Shown here: piece by piece, positions 1 to 13,582 of the stretch
Layout of the letters: every line of letters starts with the position of its first letter
How positions within the stretch are numbered: the first letter of the stretch is position 1
Source: Scyliorhinus canicula
Taxonomy: Eukaryota
DNA: 64,000 nucleotides
Reading direction: 5' to 3'
Assembly: GCF_902713615.1 (NCBI RefSeq)
Contig: NC_052160.1
Location: 24,639,856 to 24,703,855 of the forward strand
The notes under the pieces: generated by a model
Told to the model about the DNA's origin: nothing
The model's input: the letters and a program-made list of their open reading frames with translations, nothing else
Databases searched by the model: none
Made by a program: the position numbers and the translations under genes

Positions 1-2334
1 AGGTCGGTGTGCTGTGGCGCGTTGGAACTGTTGATCGATGAGTCGAGCGCCATATCCCGTTTGTACGAGGTCATCTTTCAGCGCCTGTAAATGTCTGTTA
101 CGCTCCTCCTCATCTGAGCAGATTCTGTGCATACGGAGGGGTTATCCATAGGGGATGGCTTCAATGTGTTTAGGGTGGAAGCTGGAGAAGTGGAGCATCA
201 TGAGGTTATCTGTGGGCTTGCGGTAAAGCAAAGTGCTTTACTTAATGGAGATGAGTGTGTCCAAGAATGCAACCGATTTTGGAGAGTAGACCATGGTGAG
301 TCTGATGGTGGGATGGAACTTATTGATGTCATCGTGGGGCAGCACGGTGGCGCAGTGGGTTAGCCCTGCTGCCTCACGACACTGAGGTCCCAGGTTCGAT
401 CCCGGCTCTGGGTCACTGTCCGTGTGGAGTTTGCACATTCTCCCCGTGTTTGCGAGGGTTTCACCCCCACAACCCAAATTTGTGCAGGGTAGGTGGATTG
501 GCCACGCTAAATTGCCCCTTAATTGGAAAAAATGAATTGGGTACTCTAAAATTAAAAAAATAAAAATGTCATCGTGTAGTTGTTGCAGTGATTCTTCGCA
601 GTGGGTCCAAAGGAGAAAAATGTCATTGATGTATCTGGTGTATAACGTTGGTTCAAGGTCCTGTGCGGTGAGGAGGTCTTGTTCAAACTTGTGCATGAAG
701 ATGTTGGCATATTGAGGTGCGAATGTAGTCCCCATGGCTGTTCTGTGTGTCTAGATGAAGAACATGTTGTCGAAGGTCAAGATGTTGTGATCCAGAAAGA
801 AGCGGATGAGTTGCAGAATTGCATCTGGAAATTGGCAGTTGTCGGTGTTGAGTACTGAGGCTGTTGCAGCAATGCCGTCGTCATGGGGGATGCTGGTGTA
901 GAGTGCGAGACGTCCATCGTGATGAGGAATATTGCTGGTTCAACTCGTCCATGGTGCTGAGTTTCTGTAAGAAGTCAGTCATGTTGCGACAGAAGCTGGC
1001 ATTTCTTGTACGATGGGCTTCAAGATGCCCTCGATGTAGCCGGAGAGGTTCTGACACAGGGTCCCATTGCCTGATACGATAGGCTGGCCTGGTGTGTTGG
1101 CCTTTTGTACTTTCGGGAGGCAGTATAGATCTCCAACGCGAGGTGTCCCTGGGATGAGAGCACGTATGATGCTCTGAAGGTCTGGATCCAAAGTTTTGAT
1201 CAGTCTGTTGAGTTGGCGGATCTGTTCCTTGGTTGGATCTGCGGGTAACTGTCTGTAGTGTTCCTGGTTGTTGAGTTGTTGGTACACTCCTTTGCAGTAG
1301 TCCGTTCTGTTCAGTATGACGGCGGCCCCTCCTTTTTCTGCTGGTTTGATGACGATGTTGCGGTTGGTCTCGAGAGCGCGGATGGCATTGCGTTGTGCTT
1401 GGCTGACGTTCGGGGCTGTCTTGTGAATGCGACTGATGAATCTGGCATTGACGCGTCTCCTGACAGCTTGAGCATATATGTTGAGTCTAGGGCAGCGGCC
1501 TTCCTGAGGGGTCCAATTCGACTCTTTCCTTTTCGGTTGCTGCACCACAGATCTCTCATGTTGTTTCAGTTCATGGGTTGTCTCATTAGGTTCGCTGTTG
1601 GCCTCTTGTGGTCTGTGGAAGAACTCCCAGAGCCTCATTCGCCTGATGAATTCCTCAGTGTCTGCTGCGAGACTGATGGGGTCCATTTTGGTGGTGATGC
1701 TGAAATTGAGCCCTCTGCCGAGGACTTCGATTTCGTCTGGTTGAAGTCTGACAAGTTGACAATAGATTTCCCTGTATTGTTTTCTACTGTGGTACTGGGG
1801 GAAGCTTGGTTGCTGCTGGTGGTGATGCCGAGTTTCTAAAGATTCCAGTTCTTGGTGTGCATGTATATGGCGTAGTATCGTTGTCTCATCTGTTTGGTGG
1901 TGTTCTGCAGCTGGTCTGCTGCGCCCTGAGCGCAAGTTGAGAATATGGCCTCTATCTTGGTTTCCAGGTTCTGCTGTAGAGCTGGCGTACGAGGTGATTG
2001 AGGAGTGTGAGAGAGGTACGACGGCAGAGTCTCTCAGCGTAGTCTGTGTTGGAAGTCGACTTGAGTGGGTTTGTGATCTGTAGCCCTTTCAGGATCTTGT
2101 CTGCTTTCTTGCATCTTTGTAGAAACGTAATGTCAGTGTCTATATGCGCAATCTTTTTGGAGATCCTCTCCAATTTGAGCCGGCAGTTTGCGGTGTCGAT
2201 GGTAGCCATGATGTGGAGATGCCGGCGTTGGACTGGGGCGAGCACAGTAAGAAGTCTTACAGCACCAGGTTAAAGTCCAACAGCTTTGTTTCAAATCACT
2301 AGCTTTCGGAGAATAGCTCCTTCCTTAGGTGAAT
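1..2334 (-). mobile_element. Penelope-like element, degraded RT ORF with upstream partial pLTR; continues off the left edge
   Basis: Fragments PAEKGGAAVILN, LYCLPKVQK..PG.PIVS, MGTTFAPQYANIFM, RYINDIF; ATG at 2209; frameshifts and stops. Confidence 0.88.
337..565 (+). mobile_element. tRNA-derived SINE (HE1-like head, poly(A)-tail type) inserted in the PLE
   Basis: A/B boxes (ggttcgatccc); TSD atgtcatcgtg at 326-336 and 566-576. Confidence 0.92.
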
Positions 2335-2912
2335 CCTGCAGGAAAGGATGTCCCGAAGCGTGGTACATTGGCGAGACCATGAAGACGCTTCGACAACGGA
2401 TGAACGGACATCGCGCGACAATTGCCAGGCGGGAATGTTCCCTTCCAGTCGGGGAACACTTCAGCAGTCATGGGCATTCAGCCTCTGATCTCCGGGTAAG
2501 CGTTCTCCAAGGCGGCCTTCAGGACGCGCGACAACGCAGAATCACCAAACAAAAATTTATAGCCCAGTTCCGCACACATGAGTACGGCCTCAACCGGGAC
2601 CTTGGATTCATGTCGCATTACTTTCAACCCCCACCATCTGGCCTAGCCTTGCGAAATCTGACCAACTGTCCTGGCTTGAGACAATTCATACTTCTTTAAC
2701 CTAGGATTATCCCTCTCTCTGGATCTGTAAAGACTTAATTACCTGCAAATGCTCACATTCAAAGCATTGTCTTGCATCTTTGACCTTGTCTATATATATG
2801 TTTCTGGAACATACCTCTTCATTCATCTGAGGAAGGAGCAGTGCTCCGAAAGCTAGTGATTTGAAACAAACCTGTTGGACTTTAACCTGGTGTTGTAAGA
2901 CTTCTTACTGTG
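2335..2912 (+). mobile_element. Inverted 3' segment of the same Penelope-like element: GIY-YIG endonuclease C-terminus plus pLTR
   Basis: WYIGETMKTLRQRMNGHR...PVGEHFS...GLNRD; 2821-2912 is the reverse complement of 2243-2334. Confidence 0.88.
2818..2865 (+). ncRNA. minimal type I hammerhead ribozyme in the pLTR
   Basis: CUGAGGA core, stem II ggagc/gctcc, GAAA, palindromic AGCU stem III, predicted CUA cleavage after 2855, stem I tcat/gtga. Confidence 0.75.
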
Positions 2913-3145
2913 ATCATTCAATTAGATTATGGTTGATCTGTACCTCAACTCCATCTACCTCAGCTCCATATCCTAGGAAAAAATATTGATCTCAATCATG
3001 TCCAATTGTCCCAGACCCCTCAGCCCTTTGGGAAGAAAATTCCAACATTTTCTAGACTCTCAGGTTGAACAAAAATGCATTACAGGAAATAATCAAGAAT
3101 TTATTCCAGATAACAGTGTGACAAGCAACAAAGAGAAAATCTTAC

Positions 3146-3313
3146 ACTATCAGCTTTTGGCCTTGAAGAACTGTGTGTTGCTGCAGCATTTCAAAGTTGT
3201 ACTTCTCATCAGTGGCGTGTTGGTCCACAATGAACAGGTCTGAATCCAGCTTGGCGATGATAAACCCCAAGTTAAACTGGCCAATAATCTCCATGCTGGC
3301 AAATCTGTCTTTG
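3146..3313 (-). CDS. PMS2: PMS2 exon 12 (endonuclease motif DQHA-X2-E-X4-E); later exons lie left of the window
   Basis: [55 protein letters not shown]; 168 nt. Confidence 0.97.
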
Positions 3314-4652
3314 CTGCAAACAGTACAAGACAAGTCCATTTAATATATAAATCTAGTGCAAAGTACTTCAGAAAAGTGAAAGGCTCCATTATTCCAATCA
3401 ATAAATAAGATTTAATTTGAGATGCAGTAGAGCTACACTGTACATCCAACTGCACACGGTCAGAGATAGGTTACAGTGATCTCAAGTTGGGACTTATTTT
3501 CCTTCACAATAGATAAGTAATCAGATTTTTACTTAAACTTTGTTTTGAAAATATATTTTGTTAGTTCAGTCTGGCACTGAGTGCTTCCAACTACCATTCT
3601 TGAGCTGCATTAAGAGTGTGCTGATTTATTTACAGTGCTGCATTTTGGATGACATGTTAAACTGAGGTGCCATTGGTTGTTCAAGTGGCCTATAAAATAA
3701 TGACCGGGAGATGGTTAAATGGTATTCAGGAAGAATGATAAATTCTATGAATCTATGACCAAAGTGCACTCTTCACTACTATATGTTTAAAAATAACATT
3801 AGCCAAGTAGCAATTATAGTGAATTAAGTGAAACCTAGGAGCTGCTTTGGTGGATCTGTACAACTAACAGCTGGAGCACTCATGGGCAAAACAACTTCTT
3901 AAAAAAAAGAGCTGGATAAATATCTGGTTTAGGAATCAGTATAGACTGACAGAAGGGATTATCCAAATCGATGGTTCCTGTGTTGTTGAAGCTGGGGAAG
4001 GGGGCAAATATGTTGTCTGTGGAAGCAGTTGATTTGGGTTGAACAGGGAATATAGGAGGGTGGATGACTGGAGCTTTACTGGACTAATTGTAAAGATCAA
4101 GGAGTACTGATATAAACTTCACCCCAGCAAAGTACACAAGATGGCACATATAGTCTACAGAAAAAACTAGCTTGAAGGGCCAAATGATCGTATTCTATGC
4201 TTTATGACCATGTTTATATATTTTTTAATATATAACTCATTTATGATTAAGTTACTGTTGTCATGGGAGTGTCCCTTTAAGAAATGTTTATACATAGAGT
4301 ACTGTAGCTGTGTGGGGTATTTATGTTTGTAGTTGATAAAAATGCTTACTCTGTGTGTTTATAAAAATGTTAACTAAATTTATAGAATAAACTTTGTTTT
4401 TGATTATAAATGCTTGAGGCCTCAGTTGAATAATACCTGAAAGGTAGGCCCTTGTGCTCCTCATAACCAAAATTAATAAGCAGTTGTAGGTCAGGTGAAC
4501 TCCATGATATACTTTGTGCACAATTAACAGCCAGTGTATGTTTTTGGTTTGTTTTCAATTCTTCAACTGTTATCAATAGCTGGGATAACTTAACCTTTAG
4601 CTTTGATTACTGCAATAGAATAATTTATATTTGTATTTCATAGAACATTCTA

Positions 4653-7600
4653 TTTAAAAAAAAATTTTAATTCAAATTTTCACAAAATATAAATAACAGA
4701 AAATACCAAGAACAGAAACAACAACCCCCCCCCCCCCCCCCGTATACAAAAAAGAAGAAATTAACGCTCGACATTAGCAAAAAACAAATATACCGCTCCC
4801 TCCGCCTTATTTCTACCGTTATGCCAGGAAATCCAGGAATGGTTGCCACCTCCTGAAGAACCCCTGCACTGATCCCCTTAGGGCAAATTTCACCCTCTCC
4901 AATTTAATAAACCCCGCCATATCATTGACCCAGGCCTCCACGCTTGGGGGTCTCGCATCCTTCCACTGAAGAATCCTCCGCCAGGCTACTAGGGACGCAA
5001 AGGCCAGAATGCCGGCCTCTTCCGCCTCCTGCACTCCCAGCTCCTCTGCAACCCCAAATATTGCGAGCTCCCAGCCCGGTTTGACCCTGGATTCTACCAC
5101 CCTCGACACCATCCTTGCTACGCCCTTCCAAAATTCCCCCAGCGCTGGGCACGCCCAGAACATATGGACATGGTTTGCTGGGCTCCCTGAGCACCTAATA
5201 CACCTGTCCTCGCTCCCAAAGAACCGGCTCATCCTTGTCCCGGTCATGTGAGCCCTATGCAGCACGTTAAACTGTATGAGGCTAAGCCTCGCACAAGAAG
5301 AGGAGTTCACCCTTCCTAGGGCGTCCGCCCACATCCCCTCCTCAATCTCCTCATCCCATTTACCCTTCAGCTCCTCCACCGAGGACTCATCTACCTCCTG
5401 CATCACTTGGTACGTTACCAAGATCCTCCCCTCTCCAACCCAAACCCCCGAGAGCACCCTGTCCTGGACCCCACGCGGCGGCAACAGAGGGAACTCCGCC
5501 ACCTGCCGCCTGACAAACGCCCTTACCTGCATGTACCTAAAGGTGTTCCCCGGGGGGAGCCCGAACTTCCCTTCCAGCTCACCCAGGCTCGCAAACTTCC
5601 CGTCTACAAACAGGTCCTTCAACCTCCTAACACCTGCCCTGTGCCAACTCAGGAACCCGTCATCAATTCTCCCCGGGACAAACCGGTGGTTCCCCCATAT
5701 CGGGGACTCCATCAAGGCCCCCACCTCCCCCGTGCCGTCTCCATTGCCCCCAAATTTTGAGGGTAGCCGCCACCACCGGGCTCGTGGTATACCTCGTTGG
5801 AGGGGGCGGCAGCAGCGCCGTTACCAGCGCCTCCAGGCTCGTGCCCACACAGGACGCCATCTCCATCCTCTTCCATGCTGCCCCTTCCCCGTCCATTACC
5901 CACTTACGCACCTACGCTGCGTTGGCAGCCCAATAATACCCACAGAGGTTGGGCAGCGCCAGCCCCCCCCAACCCTGCCCCGCTCCAAGATCACCCTTCT
6001 CACCCTCGGGGTCCCGTGCGCCCACACAAACCCCGTAATGCTCCTGTTAACCCGCCTGAAAAAGGCCTTCGGGATAAGGATCGGGAGGCACTGGAACAGG
6101 AACAGAAATCTCGGGAGCACCGTCATCTTGACTGATTGCACCCTACCCGCCAGAGACAGCGGCAACATGTCCCATCTCTTGAACTCATCCTCCATCTGCT
6201 CCACCAGCCTTGTGAGGTTAAGCTTATGCAAGGCCCCCCAGCTCCTGGCCACCTGGACCCCCAAGTACCTGAAGCTACTCCCTGCCCTTTTTAGTGGGAG
6301 CCTACCAATCCCCCCCTCCTGGTCCCCCGGGTGTACAACGAACAGCTCGCTCTTCCCCAAGTTGAGCTTGTACCCAGAGAAATCTCCAAATTCCCGGAGA
6401 ACCCTCATCACTTCCGGCATTCCCCCCACCGGTTCCGCCACATACAGCAATAGGTCATCCGCATAGAGCGACACTCGGTGCTCCTCCCCACCCCGCACCA
6501 GCCCCCTCCAGTTCCTCGACTCCCTCAGTGCCATGGCCAGGGGTTCAATTCCCAGCGCAAAAAGCAGGGGGGACAAGGGACACCCCTGCCTCGTCCCTCG
6601 GTATAACCAAAAATACTCCGACCTCCTCCTATTCGTGGCCACACTCGCCATCGGGGCCTCATATAACAGCCTCACCCACCTGACACACCACTCCCCAAAC
6701 CTGAACCTTTCCAGCACCTCCCACAAGTACCCCCACTCAACCCTATCAAAGGCCTTCTCCGCATCCAACGCCACCACTATCTCTGCCTCCCCTTCTACCG
6801 CCGGCAACATTATAACATTCAAGAGCCTCTGTATGTTAGTGTTCAGCTGCCTCCCCTTCACAAACCCTGTTTGATCCTCGTGGATAACCTGCGGCACAGT
6901 CCTCTATCCTCATGGCTAAAATCTTCGCCAACAGCTTGGCGTCTACATTTAAGAGTGAGATCGGCCTGTATGACCCACACTGCAGGGGATCCTTGTCCCA
7001 CTTAAGTATCAAGGAAATCAGTGCCCGAGACATCGTCGGAGGCAGAGCCCCCCCCCGTGCCTCGTTGAAGGTCCTAACCAACAGGGGGCCCAACAGGTCT
7101 GCATACATCTTATAGAATTCGACCAGGAACCCATCCGGCCCCGGCGCCTTCCCCGACTGCATGCTCCCTATCCCTTTGACCAGCTTCTCCAGCTCAACCG
7201 GCGCCCCCAGTCCCTCCACCTGTCCCTCCTCCACCCTCGGGAATCTCAGCCGGTCCAAAAAGCGCCCCATCCCGCCCTCCTCCGCTGGGGGTTCGGACCG
7301 ATACAGTTCCTCATGAAAGTCCCTGAAGAACCCATTAATGTCTACCCCTCTGCGCACCACATTTCCTCCCCTATCCTTAACTCCACCAATCTCCCTGGCC
7401 GCATCCCGCTTACGGAGCTGGTGCGCCAGCATCCTGCTCGCCTTCTCCCCATATTCATACACCGCACCTTGTGCCTTCCTCCACCGAGCTTCCGCCTTTC
7501 TGGTGGTTAGCAAGTCAAACTCAGCCTGGAGACTACGCCGCTCCCTCAGCAATCCCTCCTCCGGAGCCTCCACGTATCTCCTGTCCACCCTCACCATCTC

Positions 7601-8899
7601 CCCCACCAGTCTCTTCCTCTCTCTCTGCTCTCTCCTCTCCCTGTGGGCTCGAATGGAGATCAGCTCCCCCCTAACCACCGCCTTCAGCGCCTCCCAGACC
7701 TTCCCCACTCGGACCTCCCCATTGTCATTGGCCTCCAGGTACCTCTTGATACATCCTCAAATCCACCCGCCCACCAGCAGCCCCACCTCCAAGCACCAAA
7801 GCGGGTGCTGGTCTCTCTCCTCCCCCAGCTCGAGATCCACCCAGTGCGGGGCGTGGTCAGAAATGACTATCGCCGAATACTCAGCATCCTCCACCCTCGC
7901 AATCAGCGCCCTATGCATAATGAAAAAATCAATCCGCGAATAGGCCTTATGCACATGGGAGAAGTATGAAAGTTCCTTGGCCCTCGGCCTCGCAAACCTC
8001 CATGGATCCACCCCTCCCATCAGGTCCATAAACCCCCCCTCAACACCTTAGCCGCCGCTGGCCTCCTACCCGTCCTGGACCTGGATCGATCCATTGGCGG
8101 ATCCAGCACCGTGTTGAAATCCCCCCCCCCCATTATCAGGCCCCCCACCTCCAAATCTGGAATCCGGCCCAACATGTGCCGCATGAAACCCGCATCGTCC
8201 CAATTCGGGGCGTATACATTGACCAGCACCACCCGCTCCCCCTGCAGCTTGCCGCTTACCATCACATATCTCCCGCCGCTGTCTGCCACCACATTCGACG
8301 CCTCAAACGACACCCTCTTCCCCACCAGGATCGCCACCCCCCGATTTTTTGCATCCAGCCCCGAATGAACCACTTAGCCTACCCATCCCTTCCTCAATCT
8401 AACCTGATCCGCCACCTTCAGGTGCATCTCCTGAAGCATGGCCACATCCGCCTTCAGCCCCTTCAGGTGCACAAACACGTGGGCCCATTTGACCGGCCCA
8501 TTCAGTCCCCTCACATTCCAGGTTATCAGCCGGATCAGGGGGCTACCTGCCCCCTCCCCCGTCGACTAGCCATTACCATTCTTCAGTCCGCCATGTGCTC
8601 GCGCCCCCCGCTGAGCCCGTTCCCCACGACGACAGACCCCCATCCCGACCCCCTCTACATGCTCCAGCTCCTTCTCGGCCATTCCAGCAGCAACCCGGTA
8701 CCCCTCCCTCAAGCTAGCTGCGTAACCCCTTCCATTGTACTTCCGTAAGTCAGCCGATTCCTGCTGACCCCGGCTGCTCCCGCCACTCCAATGACCCTCC
8801 CCAGTGCAACACAACCTCGCGTCCCATCCCCCCCCCCCAGTGCCGGCCCCGCCCACTGCTCCTCCAGCACGGGAGAGAAGCCCGTGATTCCATCCCGAG

Positions 8900-8932
<33 letters not shown>

Positions 8933-10111
8933 ACCCAATACGTGGGAAAAGACGGGCACATGACCCAACAGGACCGCGAACCACTCCCAAACTCTCAACC
9001 AGTGAAAAAAAAAACAGACGTGACAAAACGCCCAAGTAAACAGATAACAGTCCCAAAAAAGCGAAAAAGCAGAACAGCAAAAAAAATCATCAAATAGAAC
9101 TGATAAAAGCGGAAGGATACCAAGGTCCGGGCTGTGTACACCGTTCCCCAGCCCCCAGTTCAAGTCCAGCTTCTCTGCCCGGACGAAAGCCCAGGCCTCC
9201 TCCAGAGAGTCAAAGTAGAGCTGGCGGTCTTTATAAGTGACCCAGAGGCGTGCCGGCTGTAACAGGCCAAACTTGACCCCCTTCTTGTGGAGCACTGCCT
9301 TCGTCCGATTAAAACCAGCCCTTCCCTTTGGCACTCCAGTCCTGGTAGATCCTGACCTCCGCATTCTCCCACTTACTACTCCTCTCCTTCTTCGCCCATC
9401 CCAGCACACACTCACGGTCGACGAAGCGGTGAAAACGGACCAGCACCGCCCGTGGCGGCTCGTTTGGCTTGGGTTTCCTCAGCAGCACCCAGTGGGCACC
9501 CTCCAGCTCCAAGGGTCCCTGGAACGACCCCGCACCCATTAGCGGGTTCAGCATCATAGTCACATAGGCCCCCAAATCCAAACCTTCCAGCCTCTCTGGG
9601 AGGCCAAGAATCCGCAGGTTCTTTCGGCGGGAGTGATTCTCCATCTCCTCCATCCTCGCTGACCACTTCTTCTGGAGCGCCTCGTGCGACTCCACCTTCA
9701 CTGCCAGGAGTTCGTCCTCGCTCTCCAAGGCCTTTTGCCGGAGCTCTCGGATCTCCGCACCCTGAGCCGTCTGGGTCGCCATGAGCTTGTCCAGGGAGGC
9801 CTTCAGCTCCCTGAAGGAGCGCTGAAGCAGCTCCTGTTGCTCCCGCACCCACTGCTGCCACGCTGCTGATTCCCCGCCCGCCGCCATCTTGCCTTTCCTG
9901 CCTCGCACCTTTCTCTGCTCCAAAGCCAATTTTTTGACCGCTCCGCTCCTGGTCCAGGCCATCCACCGACGGAGAATCTTAGAGGAAGTGTTCCCACACG
10001 GGGAAAAGTCCAACCAGTACCGCTGCGGGCCCTTAAAAGAGCCCAAAAGACCGAAAATAGCGGGAGCTACCGAACGTGCGGCTTCGGTCCGCATCACCGC
10101 AACCGGAAGTC
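4653..10111 (-). mobile_element. near full-length L1-clade LINE, copy 1 (ORF1 ~9160-9887; ORF2 EN-RT-CCHC ~4819-8575, frameshifted)
   Basis: RRKNLRILGLPE, NVYAPN, GDFNT, SDHAP, KAPGPDG, LDAEKAFD, GTRQGCPLSP, YADD; 16-bp TSD ttcatagaacattcta at 4637-4652 and 10112-10127. Confidence 0.95.
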
Positions 10112-10659
10112 TTCATAGAACATTCTAGATCATGCATTATTACATCATCTTTGCAATCAGGTAAACCTGTGGTGGTTTATAATGTATAAACCTATATTCA
10201 AAGCAACTATAAATGCATAATACTAAAGTATGAATTTAGAGATACAACAACAAGGTGATTATATTACTGGACTCGTAATTCCGACGGCTGTCTAAATCCG
10301 GTGGCACAAGTTCAAATCTCACCACGGCAATTTAAATTCAATTAATTAAATAAATGTGGAATGAAAAGCATCAGTAATTGGTGCGCATGAAACTACCAGA
10401 CTGTATAAATGCCAGCTGGTTCATTGATGTACTTTAGAGAAGGAAATCTGCTGTTTTTACCTGTTCTTGCATACGTGTGATTCACGACCTAAAGTGATCT
10501 GCTTGACCTTTACTTTGAAATGCCCTGGTAAGCCAATCAGTTGTAATCAATGTGGTGGCGAGTTCTCAAGGGCAAAAACGAATGGGCAATAAATGCTGGC
10601 TTTAACAACAGTTGTAGCATTCTGTGAATGAATTTTAATAACGCTGACCATTTAATTAC

Positions 10660-11545
10660 CTAATCTCTTTTCGGAGCTCAACTTCTGCTGCTTGATTATC
10701 TCCGGGAGTAATCTGGGCTCGAAATCGCCTGCATCTCTGCACCTCTTTTTGTTCTGCTTGCTGTTTACTGACCAACTTCATCCTTTCAGCAAGTCGGCCC
10801 ATAGAAAAAGGGAGCTTCACAACCTTTTTATTCATTTCTACTGGCATATCGACTTCTGACGTTTGAAACATCCCAGGACCTGAAGACAGGCCATCGTCCA
10901 AACACAAGCTACCGGTCTTCATGCGTTTTACACCCTGGGTGACATAACCGTGCGAGCAAGAACCTGCCAATGGTTGGCTGCTACTTCCTGTTGAATCAAC
11001 CTTCTCGGTTAGCACAGCAATGCTAGGTACCAAAACCTCACAGTCAGTCATTTCAGTTCTCAGTTCTTCATCTCCTTTCCCAGCTTCTGAAACATTCTGG
11101 AGTACATTGGGCAAGCTAGTCGCACCACCAGAGGCATCAGTAGATCTGGACAAAGTGTTAGCCTCTGGTGTGTTGCAGCCAAGTTCTGAGCTTTCTCTTG
11201 TGCTGCCTTTCCCAGAATCTGTATCACTTTCAGAGTTCATGGAGTCTTGTTCCGTTTGTCTGGGATTTTCAGATGCTGGGCAGTGGTCTGTCCTACATTC
11301 AGGCTGAGGGTTACTCAGCTTACAACTGGTGAAAAACTTGTGTAGTTTTCTTTGCACCGGAAAATCCTGTTGTTTGTTAGACCTGGGCCCACATAATGAT
11401 GATTGGTGTAGGGAGAATTCCTCACGTAACCTGGCAATGCTTAGACTCTTCTCTTTCTCTGAATTTGATTGCACAGCTGCTGATTCCTGCCTGGTTGGAA
11501 CAGAGGACTCTTGACTGATTGTCTGGGTAGCTTTTCCAGAAATTC
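10660..11545 (-). CDS. PMS2: PMS2 exon 11 (long disordered linker with NLS-like KRMK)
   Basis: SIARLREEFSLH, DSGKGST, KKVVKLPFSM, RFRAQITPGDNQAAEVELRKEI; tttag|...|gtaat; 886 nt, phase 1 to 2. Confidence 0.94.
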
Positions 11546-12520
11546 CTAAAACTGGGAACAAAGCTTAACATTTAGAATCACAAAATGGTCTTATGCAATA
11601 TTACAGTATATGCTACTTAGACCTTTATTGTTCAGTCAGTAGAATGGCACACCTGTCTGGGCAATTTCCAATCCGCTGGTTGCACAAGTTTTAAAATTTG
11701 TTCCTGCTTCATGGGTGTCACTGATTCAGCTGGGAGGGGGGGGGGGGGGGGGGGGGGTTGAATTAAAAATGCACTTATAATGGCATGTGAACAGTCAACA
11801 ACAGATTTTGTTAGTATATGTATAAGAGATGCACGATAGTACAGTCTCTGAAATGACCAAATTTATCCATAATTAGTTGCAATTTAAAACACTCAGAAAT
11901 TCAAAGCCCTTCACAAAGCGTAATGTCCTTTCAAGTACTACAGAAGTATATGTTACTTGCATAATTCCATTTCTAATTCACAGGATACCAGTTACACACT
12001 GAATTTGAAATATTTTAAACCATTCAATGTAGAACACGCAAGTCCATGTTAATGCTGGCTTTACCAGCGACATCCACGTACCATGTACAAATAAAAATAA
12101 AATAATTTAATAGAAACACATTAAGTGTCTGTTTTTAACTGTAGAAACAGGATTTCTACAGAATTGCGCTATAAAGTGTTTATATCAGAATGACTTGTTT
12201 GAAATACAGCTCACATATAGCAATATAATAATCTACAATGCAATTATAACTCACCGACCTACATTAACATCCAGTACTTGCAATTCACTGACAATCATAC
12301 AATAACTAATAGCTACACTATAGGTTTTTATTTTCAATAGACTTTGATAGAATATTTGTCCTTCTATAGTTTGTTAAACCTATAATATGCCGCATGCTTG
12401 AACTAATAATAATAATCTTTATTGTCACAAGAAGTTAGTGTGAAAAGCAAGGTCAGCTATTTTATGCTCAGTTTCCTCAAGGCTTTTATTGTTGAGAATA
12501 ACGGCTGCTATGTTCTTTAC

Positions 12521-12673
12521 CTGGCATCTGAAGAAACCTCTGATTAATGTTGAGCTTGTTAACATTCGAATCGTACATTTGAATAAGGGATGTCTTTAGG
12601 GTTGCAAGAAGCAACTTTTCCTCCTGAAGAAGAATTTGTCTTTTGTCTGGTGTAACATTGAGGTCAACACATT
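12521..12673 (-). CDS. PMS2: PMS2 exon 10
   Basis: [45 protein letters not shown]; 153 nt. Confidence 0.96.
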
Positions 12674-12897
12674 CTAAAAATGGCAAAGCACATCTCGTAA
12701 ATGAAGATAGCTGAATTTATCAGGAGAGTACATAATACCTAGGTTGAATAAATCATCAGAATAGACTACAATCAATACACAATTTATTTGCTTTTCCCAC
12801 TTAAAAGAAACTGTTTAGTGCATTAGTTCATAATGTTTCTCGTTTAAATTATTTGCAAATACAAAAATTCCAAAACATATGTCTGACTGTGACTTAC

Positions 12898-12982
12898 CAG
12901 AATCAACACAGATGTTAAGGGCAACAAATGGATATTGGTGTCTGTTGTACATGTGATATACTTCATTTACAAGTTTGGAAAC
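12898..12982 (-). CDS. PMS2: PMS2 exon 9
   Basis: [28 protein letters not shown]; 85 nt. Confidence 0.96.
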
Positions 12983-13482
12983 CTAAAAATAATGTTAGAC
13001 CACTTTAGTCATCATCAAATAAACAAACACAATGATAGATGGTCACTAGATACATCTAGTGAGACTACATATTTGACTTCTCCATTCATGTCAAATATTT
13101 AAATTTTTTACCATCACTCAAAACGAGTAGCCAGTATGCTGTCTGCCAGGACAAGCACAATAGTGATGTAAACTGATTCAACCATGGGTTTTTCCATTTA
13201 TTCCTATGAGAAGGTTCATCGGTTCTCAACGGTCCAGCCGAGATCACAAACAAAACACAAGGAAGCATCAACAGTGATCAGGAACTGCTAGCAAAGAACC
13301 ACTGGCACAGACCAGAAAATAAGCTGACCACAAAGAATCAAGGGCACAAACTATAATCAGAGACTGGACGCATTTAGTGATAACTGCATAACATACGGTC
13401 ATCTGTAACCATAGCAATGACATGCATTGTCAAGTTACTCTAATTTAATAATTCACAAATTTTCATAGTTATTGTTCCCTAC

Positions 13483-13582
13483 CTTTGTTGGATCACATGG
13501 TCGCTGATTGATAAAGAAAAACTGTCGATCGGTTGAACTCCTGCCAACGCCGTGATCGCTACGAGACACAAACCCTGTGATT
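13483..13582 (-). CDS. PMS2: PMS2 exon 8
   Basis: [33 protein letters not shown]; 100 nt. Confidence 0.96.

Noticed and set aside
337-420. tRNA gene
   Set aside because: A/B boxes belong to SINE heads and are followed by SINE body; no complete cloverleaf seen
5009-9869. Long plus-strand ORFs (e.g. 396 aa at 5276-6466) and the mirrored minus-strand ORFs in 15404-19530
   Set aside because: Antisense shadows of GC-rich L1 ORFs; Ser/Pro-rich with no recognisable domains
10656-11561. Stand-alone 301-aa gene
   Set aside because: It is PMS2 exon 11 with proper splice sites and phases
11733-11758. Long G/C homopolymers (also ~4724-4741 and ~62035-62054)
   Set aside because: Low complexity, lengths may be sequencing-dependent, no supporting context
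12320-12382. Possible extra PMS2 exon between exons 10 and 11
   Set aside because: In-frame stop and no phase-compatible donor; exons 10 and 11 join in frame directly
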